A stretch of 64,000 bases of DNA from NCBI GenBank assembly GCA_963665115.1, contig OY762007.1, positions 5,248,001 through 5,312,000 of the forward strand, in the 5' to 3' direction. The translations under genes and the position numbers were made by a program. Each line of letters starts with the position of its first letter. The stretch's first letter is position 1. The notes under the pieces are model-generated. The model was not told the origin of the DNA and did no database searches. It saw only the letters and a list, made by a program, of their open reading frames with translations. Of the stretch, positions 40,569 through 49,153 are shown piece after piece. This DNA is from an uncultured Rivularia sp. GTDB taxonomy: Bacteria; Cyanobacteriota; Cyanobacteriia; Cyanobacteriales; Nostocaceae.

Positions 40569-43010
40569 TCAACTGTTCACTGTTAACTGATAATTGATCG
40601 TTGATATCGGTACTTTATTAAAAAAGTTTTTCTGAAATTCTTCTTCACGTACTGCTGCTGTAAATTTCTCTATTGCGGATTCTATTTGAGTAGAATTGGT
40701 GTTATCTTTCTGGCTAAATATTAAATAATTATCTTGCGATTTTATTGTAAATCCTAATGCTTTTAAAGCTTGAAAACCCAAGTGTAATGTTTGGTCGCCG
40801 ATCGATAGTTTCTCCAAAAGCTGTATGCGAGTTGCTGCTCGATCTGTACGACACAAATATTTGGCTATTCCTACAAGTTTTAACCAAGTCTCTTCCGGTG
40901 CTTGATGGTCGGGTTTTGACCATGCTAATGCTAGAGGTTGCTGTTTGTGAAAGGAACGTCTCAACCAGACTCGCAAATCATCCCAACGAGTCGGACATTC
41001 TTTAAGGATAAGCGGAGAGTCCGATAATAATGGATAGTTATTGGGGGGAAGATTACGCCAGTCTAAAATTGATGACCAATCTTGAAAAGCTTGATTTATA
41101 TCATTTTCAACTGCACGTACTGCTATCAGTCGAATTTCATAACGTTTTTTGAAAGTATTGTAATCTAATTCAACTATACAATCGCATTTTTGGGTTGGTA
41201 ATTCATCTTTGTAATGTCCCCACCAGATGCCAGGAAAACGATTGGTTGTAGAGTCATCTCGAATACCGAATTCTGTTTTAATATATTGAATTTTTTTACC
41301 TTTTGCATCTTGCTGATTGCGATGCCAAGTATTTTCAAACCAACAGTTTTTTATCAATAATTTTGGTACCGGATTACCCATTCCGCAGGGTTCTAATAAC
41401 TTTAATTCTAAAAACAATTCTTTACTTAAGTCTGCGACGGTAACTACTAAGTCTGCTTCAACTTTTGGTTGTGGCATTGTACCTCCGGTTATTTGTCGCA
41501 AGCGTTGGTTAATTGCTTCGGTAAATAAAGGAATATTTTCTACCGCAATACTCAAACCTGCTGCAAAAGGATGTCCCCCGAAACGATGTAGTAAATGCTC
41601 TTGAGCTTTGACTAATTTATATAAATCTACCGAATTCACAGAACGTGCGGAACCTCTGGCGAGAGGGGGAGAGGGGGTAGAGGGGGTAGAGGGGGGAGAG
41701 GGGGTAGAGGGGGGAGAGGGGGTAGAGGGGGTAGAGGGGGTAGAGGGGGTAGAAAATAATTGTATTGCTTCCTTTGCTTCCTCTGCTTCCTCTGCTTCCT
41801 CTGCGACTTCTGTACTCAACAAAATCGTCGGTCTTCCGGTATCTTGTGCTACTTGTCCGGCTACTAGTCCTAGAACACCTACTGCCCATTGTGGGTCTGC
41901 TAAGACTATGACGCTGGTGGTTGACAAGTCCATTTGGGAAAGCTTTTGAGTGACGTGTCGGGCTACGTCTTTTTGCAGGGATTTACGACGGGTGTTTGCT
42001 AGTTCGGTTACTTCTGCTAGTTCGCAAACGCGCTTTCGATCGCTGCTAGTTAATAATTCTACGCAAAAACGGGCATCTCCTTGAATGCGGCTGACAGCAT
42101 TGATTCGCGGCCCCAAACCAAAGGAAATATCTGTAGGGCGATCGCCATTTTTCTGGCATAATTCTAGCAGTCTTCCGACACCAGGTCTTCTTCTTGCTGC
42201 TGGCTGTTTTTTAAAGTCTTGTTGCAGTTGTTGAATTCCTACTTGTGCTAAGTAGCGACAGTCTCCGCTAAGTTGTACTAAGTCGGCTATTAATCCTACT
42301 GCTACTAAATCTAATAAATCTTCTAATGGCTGTTGCGGTATTTTCGGGAAGCTTAAATAAAGAGCTTCGACTAATTTATAAGCTACTGCTACCCCGGAAA
42401 GATGAAAAAGTTGATGGGAATTGGGTAAGTTACGAGGGTTTATCAGGGCTGCGACGGGAGGACGTTCGGGGAGTAAGGTGTGATGATCTGTAACAATAAT
42501 GTCTATATCTAAGTCGTTTGCATAGATAATTTCCTCAAGATTTGTACTGCCGGTGTCGCAAGTAACTATTAGCTGGCAGCCCTGCTGTTTAAGATTCTCA
42601 ATGCCTGGAATATTTAATCCGTGGGATTCGGTCAAACGATTGGGGATGTAATAACTTAGCTGCGTATTTTTATCAAAAAACTGTCCTAAGCCATCCCACA
42701 ATACTGCTGTGGAGGTGATACCGTCAGCGTCAAAGTCTCCCCAAATCGCAACTTTTTCATTGTTATTTCGCGCTTTTTGTAATCTTTCCACAGCAAGCTG
42801 CATTTCTTGTCCAAATTCAAAAGGACTTGCTGGTTGATAAATTTGGGGATTAATATGATTTTCTAATTTAGTTTTATCTCTAATTCCTCGCTGCCATAAT
42901 AATTGCGCTGCGAAATCGCCTTTTGATGCAGGAGTATGTTGCTTTATTAATTCTAAGAACCATTTTGGCGGCTCTTCTGTTGATGCAATAATCCACTGTT
43001 GTTCGGACAT
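40569..43010 (-). CDS. recJ: Single-stranded-DNA-specific exonuclease RecJ
   Basis: GDFDADG, VTCDTG, TDHH, IADLV, PRINA, RGSARS and FGGHPFAAG (DHH/DHHA1) motifs. Confidence 0.93.
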   Translation of the reverse strand: MSEQQWIIASTEEPPKWFLELIKQHTPASKGDFAAQLLWQRGIRDKTKLENHINPQIYQPASPFEFGQEMQLAVERLQKARNNNEKVAIWGDFDADGITSTAVLWDGLGQFFDKNTQLSYYIPNRLTESHGLNIPGIENLKQQGCQLIVTCDTGSTNLEEIIYANDLDIDIIVTDHHTLLPERPPVAALINPRNLPNSHQLFHLSGVAVAYKLVEALYLSFPKIPQQPLEDLLDLVAVGLIADLVQLSGDCRYLAQVGIQQLQQDFKKQPAARRRPGVGRLLELCQKNGDRPTDISFGLGPRINAVSRIQGDARFCVELLTSSDRKRVCELAEVTELANTRRKSLQKDVARHVTQKLSQMDLSTTSVIVLADPQWAVGVLGLVAGQVAQDTGRPTILLSTEVAEEAEEAEEAKEAIQLFSTPSTPSTPSTPSPPSTPSPPSTPSTPSPPLARGSARSVNSVDLYKLVKAQEHLLHRFGGHPFAAGLSIAVENIPLFTEAINQRLRQITGGTMPQPKVEADLVVTVADLSKELFLELKLLEPCGMGNPVPKLLIKNCWFENTWHRNQQDAKGKKIQYIKTEFGIRDDSTTNRFPGIWWGHYKDELPTQKCDCIVELDYNTFKKRYEIRLIAVRAVENDINQAFQDWSSILDWRNLPPNNYPLLSDSPLILKECPTRWDDLRVWLRRSFHKQQPLALAWSKPDHQAPEETWLKLVGIAKYLCRTDRAATRIQLLEKLSIGDQTLHLGFQALKALGFTIKSQDNYLIFSQKDNTNSTQIESAIEKFTAAVREEEFQKNFFNKVPISTINYQLTVNS
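41664..41803. repeat. In-frame 9-mer tandem repeats inside recJ
   Basis: About 9-10 GGGGG(T/G)AGA units (41664-41753) encode STP/SPP. About 4 TGCTTCCTC units (41766-41803) encode EEA. Confidence 0.92.
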
Positions 43011-43104
43011 AGGATTTTGGATTTTGGATTTTATATTTTAGATTATGCCTTATGTCAATTTAATTATTTTCTGACGGCATAAAATAATTAACAAGTTACC
43101 GAGT

Positions 43105-43941
43105 TCACAGAGGTACTTCTTGAATATTAGCTAAGTTAACTAAATTACTATCAACTCCAAGTAAATCTTGAGATGATTTTTGCTCGGAATTAATAGAAAC
43201 TCTTTGACAGCGAGCAGCATACTGACAATAATTGCAGGTTTTGCTGCCTTCTGGCACTTGCGGAAATTGATCTCCTTGTTGATAAGCTTGCAACCATTTA
43301 GTTAATTTCTTTAAATGCTGAGTAAGTTTCTTTTCGGTTTGCTGATGCTGAAGGGAACTGTAAGTAAATTTAATGCTGTGCGGTTTGCTTTCCGATTGCA
43401 CAAACCAATAAGTCATCGAAATATTTTCCGGTGGATAGTCGCTGCTTTCTGCCAATACGTACATATAAAGACGTGTCTGCCAATCATATTGCAGCTTACG
43501 TTTGTTGGGTGGTTGACGATAGGTTTTCCAGTCCAAAATTTCTGCTTTTTCTTTGTCTGCAATTAATAAATCGTAAATAGCCGTCAGCAGATAGTTTTCT
43601 ACTTGCAGCGTGCGGAGATGTTCGCTTTCGCGAAAAGTTTCACTATCGGTAGCAGGAGTTAAAATATCCGGTGCGGTAATAGCAAAAGCCCTCATCCAAC
43701 TTTCCAGTTGAATATCTGTCTGCAAAAAGCTACCAATTTTCAAACCCATTTCTCGCTGCTGCATCAGTAAGTGAAAGCGACTTCCCAGCAACTGCTTTTC
43801 TTCATACTCTGGATTTGTAGGAGGGCGGAGTTGTTCTAAATAAGTATTTTGAAACTTACGGGGACAACTTTCTAATAAGTTAAGCTGCCCTTGGGAAAGT
43901 CGCAGTAATTGGTTTTGCGTAGAATTTTCTATAGATATCAT
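43105..43941 (-). CDS. PD-(D/E)XK nuclease, Cas4/AddB-like with a four-Cys Fe-S staple
   Basis: CPR N-terminal Cys, GSRFH, YDLL...ILDWKT, QTRLY and CNYCQYAARC. Confidence 0.85.
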   Translation of the reverse strand: MISIENSTQNQLLRLSQGQLNLLESCPRKFQNTYLEQLRPPTNPEYEEKQLLGSRFHLLMQQREMGLKIGSFLQTDIQLESWMRAFAITAPDILTPATDSETFRESEHLRTLQVENYLLTAIYDLLIADKEKAEILDWKTYRQPPNKRKLQYDWQTRLYMYVLAESSDYPPENISMTYWFVQSESKPHSIKFTYSSLQHQQTEKKLTQHLKKLTKWLQAYQQGDQFPQVPEGSKTCNYCQYAARCQRVSINSEQKSSQDLLGVDSNLVNLANIQEVPL

Positions 43942-44000
43942 CAGGAATTAAGAGTTAGGAGTTAGGAGTTAAGGACTTCCAAAAAATAATTTATTCTGTT

Positions 44001-44100
44001 GTAGTGCGTTAGCGTTCACGCGGAGCGTGCGGCTCAGCGTGTCTGAAAGACGAGCATCTTGCTCGTTTGAGAAACACAGCGAGCAAGATGCTCGCACTAC
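44001..44100. repeat. GTAG REP-like palindrome with two nested micro-insertions; followed by a GATGCTCCC MITE-type end
   Basis: Same REP as 13627, with TTAGCG[TTCACGCGGAGCGTGCGGCT]CAGCGTGTCTGAAAGACG inserted after GTAGTGCG. Confidence 0.75.
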
Positions 44101-44150
44101 CTGCGGATTTTTCAATAATTAGGATGCTCCCAGAGCAAATATTTACAAAA

Positions 44151-44261
44151 TACCAATGCCCCATGCCCAATTACCAATTACCAATTACCAATTACCAATT
44201 ACCAATTACCTATTCCCCATTCCCAATGCCCCATGCCCAATTCTCAATGCCCAATTCCCAA
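44151..44261. repeat. STRR array (CCCCATG/CCAATTA/CCCAATG)
   Basis: Directly visible heptamer array. Confidence 0.9.
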
Positions 44262-44352
44262 TTTAAAAAATAAAAAAGGCAAAAGGTAAAAGAATAAAGT
44301 TTCCCCCTACTCTTTTTCCTTTTTCCTTTATTTGTACTTTCGTACCTGATGC

Positions 44353-44559
44353 TTATTTCATGTTAGCTCGCGCATCTCGAACTGCGGCAAAGAAAAATAA
44401 AGCTGTTAATGGAATGCTGATTCCCAGGATAATTGCGGTGTTTTGCATCCCTAAATCGGGCTGTCCTGAAGTTAGTTCAAATATGGAACCAACTGCGGCG
44501 ATCGCAGCAACGCAGGAACCAAGTAAAAACAAACCGCTAATCGGTGTCATTATGTTCAT
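44353..44559 (-). CDS. Small two-TM conserved hypothetical protein
   Basis: 68 aa with two hydrophobic helices and a GGGG-containing RBS. Starts 12 nt after the def stop. Confidence 0.7.
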   Translation of the reverse strand: MNIMTPISGLFLLGSCVAAIAAVGSIFELTSGQPDLGMQNTAIILGISIPLTALFFFAAVRDARANMK

Positions 44560-44571
44560 TTATTTTTCCCC

Positions 44572-45135
44572 CTATACTATTGATTTTACAGCTTGATGGG
44601 AAAAACCATTTTTTGATAGCTCTTCTGTTAATGCTAAGGCGTTTTCTACTCTATCTACGAATACTACGCCGTTAAGATGATCCATCTCGTGTTGAATACA
44701 ACGTCCGAGTAAATCCCCAGCTTTTAAGGTTTGTGGACGGCCATTTTCATCTTTGTAACTAACTTCTACCATTTCGGGACGCTTGACATCTAAGTAAACG
44801 CCGGGAATACTCAAGCATCCTTCTTGTTCTACGCAGATGTTACCGTAAGCTTTTTTTATCGTCGGGTTAATCAAAATTAACGGCGGATTAGCTGGATTAT
44901 CTGGTTCAATATCCATAACGATAAGTTGTTTGTGAACTCCCACTTGGGGTGCGGCCAAACCGATACCATCGCTGCTGTACATGGTTTGCAGCATTTCTCG
45001 CGCTAGTTGACGAATTTCGTCATCTACTTTTGATATACGCTTAGCAGGTTGTCTCAAAACCTTATCACCCAAGTAATGAAGTTCCAAGGGTGGATTTTTT
45101 AACTTTTTCTTCTCAACGACGATCGCAGAAGGCAT
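44572..45135 (-). CDS. def: Peptide deformylase
   Basis: GIGLAAPQVG, EGCLSIP and QHEMDHLNG motifs. Confidence 0.96.
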   Translation of the reverse strand: MPSAIVVEKKKLKNPPLELHYLGDKVLRQPAKRISKVDDEIRQLAREMLQTMYSSDGIGLAAPQVGVHKQLIVMDIEPDNPANPPLILINPTIKKAYGNICVEQEGCLSIPGVYLDVKRPEMVEVSYKDENGRPQTLKAGDLLGRCIQHEMDHLNGVVFVDRVENALALTEELSKNGFSHQAVKSIV

Positions 45136-45454
45136 AGTCTTATAACTCACAAATATCTATAGGTGAAATGATTCCGCTTTACTTCATCTTAGCAAGCAGG
45201 TGGATGAGAGATGGGGAGAGGGGGAGATGGGGAAGAAGTTTAAAAATACAATAATTTGTTGATAATCAGTTATTTTAAATAATTCAAAATATTATTATAT
45301 CTTATTTGATGAATAACTAATTTTACTTAAATAAAGTATCAGTTGTGAGTTTAAAATTTACCTATATAAAACCTTAAACCTTAATTATGATATCTATGTG
45401 ATGATAACGATTACATTACAATAATTGCCATTTTACAGGGCGGAAATTTTTTCA

Positions 45455-46907
45455 ATGGATTTAGCTCGTCTTTCTACCGGAATTGTAGGCCTTGATAAAA
45501 TTCTTAACAGTGGTTTTATCCCAAAGCGAGCTTATTTAGTGCGTGGTGGACCTGGTTGCGGTAAAACAATTTTAGGATTGCATTTTTTGAGTGCTGGTAT
45601 TGCTAAAGACGAACCTAGTCTTTATATTACTTTGGGGGAACCAGCAGAACAAATTAAAGCCAATGGTGCAATTATTGGTTTTGATACTGAAGCAATGCAT
45701 TTCTTGGATTTAAGCCCTAGTGCGGACTTTTTTACCCAAATCCAAACTTATGATATTTTTTCACCTGCCGAAGTCGAACGTGAACCTACTACTCAAAGAA
45801 TTCTGGAGACTGTAGAATCACTCAAACCGAAACGTGTTTTGATTGATTCTATGACACACTTTCGCTATCTGTGTAGTGATGATTTTCAGTTTCGCAAGCA
45901 GGTGTTGTCGTTTATGCGTTTTTTATTGCAAACTGGCGCTACGGTAATGTTCACTTCTGAAAGTAGCCCGGAAGCTCCCGATGATGATTTACAGTTTATT
46001 AGTGACGGAGTAATTCACCTCGATAATTTCTCGGAAGGACGAAATATTCGGGTAACAAAGTTTCGCGGTTCTGATTTTCTTGCTGGTTTACATTCGCTAC
46101 GTATAACTTCAAAGGGAATGCAGGTTGCTCCTAGATTACAACCAGAAATTTTGAAACGAGAGTTTATTCTTGAAACAATTTCCTCTGGCGTACCGGAATT
46201 AGATGAATTACTGCATGGTGGTATCGAACGAGGAACTGTAACAATTTTAACTGGCCCTACGGGTGTAGGTAAAACGACTTTAGCACTCCAATTTATGAAA
46301 GAAGCGGCAGGAAGAGGTGAACGTTTCTGTCATTTATTCTTTTGAAGAAAGCGAAGAAACTTTATTAGCTCGCTCTAAAAGAGTGAATATTCCGGTTGAT
46401 GCAATGGTTAAAAATGGTGATTTATCGGTTGTTAGAGTAGAACCTTTACACCTTACTCACGACGAATTTGCCAATCAAGTGCGTTACGAAGTAGAAGAGA
46501 ATAAAGCTCGCATTGTGATGATTGACAGCGTTGCTGGCTACCGACTTGCAATACGCGGTGCGGATTTAGCAAGTCATTTACACGCCTTATGTAAGTATTT
46601 GCAAAATATGGGCGTGACAATAATTTTGGTTAACGAAACGGAGAATATTACAGGTAATTTCCGTGCGACTGAATTAGGCATTAGTTTTATTGCAGATAAT
46701 ATTATTTTCTTACGCTATTTAGAAATTGGCGGAAGAATGCAAAAAGCTATTGGCGTATTGAAAAAAAGATTGTCAAATTTTGAAAAGACGTTGCGGGAAA
46801 TAGAAATAACTCGTTACGGTATTAAAGTAGGTAAACCTTTAATTAATCTGCGAAAAATTCTTAGCGGTACGCCAGAGTGGGTAAAAAAAGATGATAGCAA
46901 TAAATGA
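45455..46907 (+). CDS. Two-domain KaiC/RAD55/GvpD-like RecA-fold ATPase, with an apparent +1 frameshift at 46324-46326
   Basis: STGIVGLD, Walker A GGPGCGKT and GPTGVGKT, IDS, and KFRG/KKR. GAA CGT TCT GTC ATT is restored by deleting one T. Confidence 0.88.
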
Positions 46908-47275
46908 CCCTCAAACCCTTAATTTTGATAGTGAATAGCAATGTTCGTAATTTAGAATTACTTAATCAATTTTTGAATCGGGAAGGATACCAAGCTATTA
47001 GTGTAAATGGTTTAGAAGAGTTCTATCGTGCTATGAGTCAACCGATTCAAATTAATTTAGGTTTGATAGATGTTACTGGTTTTGATAGCAGTATTTGGGA
47101 ATGCTGCGAAAAGTTGCAAAACCAAAAAATACCATTTTTAATTATTTCACCTCGCCAGAATGCTTTAATTCAAAATCAAAGTCTTGTTTGCGGCGCTAGG
47201 AATATATTGATTAAACCACTTGTAATTAAACAGTTATTTACTTTGATTAAAAGTTTGTTGCAGGATTCAGAATGA
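46904..47275 (+). CDS. Stand-alone atypical receiver-domain protein
   Basis: CheY fold: LIVNSN (acidic pocket lost), LIDV (phospho-Asp kept), IISP, IKP. ATGA overlap with the upstream gene. Confidence 0.8.
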   Translation: MTLKPLILIVNSNVRNLELLNQFLNREGYQAISVNGLEEFYRAMSQPIQINLGLIDVTGFDSSIWECCEKLQNQKIPFLIISPRQNALIQNQSLVCGARNILIKPLVIKQLFTLIKSLLQDSE

Positions 47276-48366
47276 GAAAAATTTTACTACTCCTAGAACA
47301 CAAGCAGAATAAAAATTTGCTCTCACAGTTATTACAACAAGCAGGCTACGAAGTTTTTTCCCCATCTGTCGATGATGATTTATTAAAATTGCATAATACT
47401 TTTGATTTGTGTATTGTTGGTCCTGTAGCTTTAGATAAATTTAGCGATTGGGTAGAAGCAACCAAAAAAGCAGAAGAACCTGTTTTTCTACCATTTCTTT
47501 TAATGACATCCCGGCAGGATGTAAAAATGATTACGCGACATCTATGGAAAATTATTGATGAATTGATTACTCTGCCCATAGAAAAAGTTGAATTGCGAGT
47601 ACGTATAGAAGCATTATTTCAGAAACGACAATTATCCTTAAATTTGAAAGCTGCTAACGATAATTTACAAAACCTCAACGAACTAAAAAGCCGTTTTATT
47701 TCAGTTGCATCCCATGAATTTCGCAATCCGCTACATATAATTGTAGCCTACGCGCAAATGCTTTATCGTGGAGGCGAAAAACTAACTTCAGATAAGAAAA
47801 AACAATTATTTACGCGCATTAAAGCATCTTCTAATAAAATGACTGAGACTTTAGATGATGTTTTAATCTTAACTAAAGGAGAATTGAGAGAGCAAAAGTG
47901 TAATTTACAACTTTTAGATTTACCAGAGCTTTGCAGTCAACTTGTCGCAGAAATGCAAATTGCTACTGCCACTCATCACGAAATTAATTTTACAATTCAA
48001 GGTGAATATACTTCATGTTATTTAGATGAAAACTTGATACGTCAGATTCTGACAAATTTGTTGAGTAATGCGATCAAATATTCGTCGTTAGATACGACTG
48101 TAGATTTTGATTTAATTTTTCAAGATGCAGAAATTATATTTAAAATAAAAGATAGTGGTATTGGTATTCCTGTTGAAGATCGATCTCAGTTATTTGAATC
48201 ATTCCGACGTGCTTCTAATGTTGGTGAAATTCCCGGTACTGGTTTGGGTTTAGCAATCGTCAAGCAATCGGTAGAGTTACACGGTGGTACGATTGCGGTT
48301 GATAGCGAAGTTGGTATTGGTACGACTTTTACCGTTGTTTTGCCGTTGAAGGAAGATAAGGATTAG
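47272..48366 (+). CDS. Histidine kinase with an N-terminal pseudo-receiver
   Basis: H box SHEFRNPL, NLLSNAIKYS, DSGIGI, GTGLGL. The N-terminal REC-like domain lacks Asp (CIVGP) and Lys (TLP). Confidence 0.9.
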   Translation: MRKILLLLEHKQNKNLLSQLLQQAGYEVFSPSVDDDLLKLHNTFDLCIVGPVALDKFSDWVEATKKAEEPVFLPFLLMTSRQDVKMITRHLWKIIDELITLPIEKVELRVRIEALFQKRQLSLNLKAANDNLQNLNELKSRFISVASHEFRNPLHIIVAYAQMLYRGGEKLTSDKKKQLFTRIKASSNKMTETLDDVLILTKGELREQKCNLQLLDLPELCSQLVAEMQIATATHHEINFTIQGEYTSCYLDENLIRQILTNLLSNAIKYSSLDTTVDFDLIFQDAEIIFKIKDSGIGIPVEDRSQLFESFRRASNVGEIPGTGLGLAIVKQSVELHGGTIAVDSEVGIGTTFTVVLPLKEDKD

Positions 48367-48381
48367 AAGTAATAAACTTTT

Positions 48382-48500
48382 TAAACCTGGCGACTATAAG
48401 TCACGGCTATACAAACTAAGTCCACGGAGGTGGACTTTATAAAATAACCTGCGGAGGCTGGTTTTGCCTGTGTAGTTGCGATTTATAATCGCCAGGTTTA
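48382..48500. mobile_element. Palindromic MITE/REPIN-like element
   Basis: TIR TAAACCTGGCGA/TCGCCAGGTTTA, internal inverted arms and AGTCCAC-GGAG-GTGGACT hairpin. Confidence 0.7.
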
Positions 48501-48510
48501 TCTCTATTAA

Positions 48511-49038
48511 CTACACTATTGAAGCATTACTACTTAATTCTTCCGATTCAGCTTTCATCAACTTTTTTTTATTAGCTTGGCTGGTAGACTCTAAAGATTT
48601 TAACTGCTGTAATGCGTAATCTTTCTCTTCCGATGATAAATCATTATTGTTTTCAATAGTCTTTTGCATTTGAGAAAAAAGTGCTTTGATTCCAGGTGAA
48701 GCAGCTTCTCGCGAATCTTCCAATTCATTTACAAAATTTGCAACATCGCCGCTGGTTTTAGCAAAAACTCCTTCTTGATAATTATCATCACCAATCGAAA
48801 TTCCCACAGCATCTCCTTGGGGAGTAATCGTAATTCCGTTATCTTCAGACATGATATCTCCTGTATGTTGATAATTTTGTATGTATAAACTTGGCTTTTG
48901 CAAAGAAGTTTTCAATATTGCTTCTAAACTACGAATGCGAGCGTTTATTTGATTTAGCTGAATGAGTAAAACAAGTAATACAGCTATTAAAAGAATAGGG
49001 AATAGGGAATAGGGAAAACTATGACTACTGTTGTACAT
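48511..49038 (-). CDS. Hypothetical protein resembling the detached C-terminal domain of cyanobacterial pentapeptide-repeat proteins (start uncertain)
   Basis: IRSLEAILKTSLQKPSLY...GDIMSE...GIKALFSQMQKTIE...LSSEEKDYALQQL. The N-terminal FPYSLFP is encoded by TTCCCTA repeats. Confidence 0.5.
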   Translation of the reverse strand: MYNSSHSFPYSLFPILLIAVLLVLLIQLNQINARIRSLEAILKTSLQKPSLYIQNYQHTGDIMSEDNGITITPQGDAVGISIGDDNYQEGVFAKTSGDVANFVNELEDSREAASPGIKALFSQMQKTIENNNDLSSEEKDYALQQLKSLESTSQANKKKLMKAESEELSSNASIV

Positions 49039-49153
49039 CTTAGAGGTGATTGATAAAGCGAAGGTTAAGACTTCAAAAATCGAATCAAAAATAAATTTCC
49101 CTAAATTCAATTCTTCAATTACCAATTACCAATTAGCAATTACCTATTCCCCC

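Noticed and set aside
44067..44273. 68-aa ORF with PITNYQL repeats (likewise 59525-59707, 41608-41949, 41617-41889)
   Set aside because: These are translations of STRR/REP repeats or alternative frames of the recJ repeat, with no coding evidence.
46317..46345. Programmed ribosomal frameshift or genuine two-gene split in the KaiC-like ATPase (also panD, rseP, ctpB)
   Set aside because: There is no slippery heptamer or stimulatory structure, and the same +1 homopolymer pattern occurs in six unrelated genes, which points to sequence error.
45455..46907. Calling this the circadian clock gene kaiC
   Set aside because: No kaiA or kaiB is adjacent, the S-T phospho-site pair and the first-domain EE are not conserved, and the context is a two-component operon.
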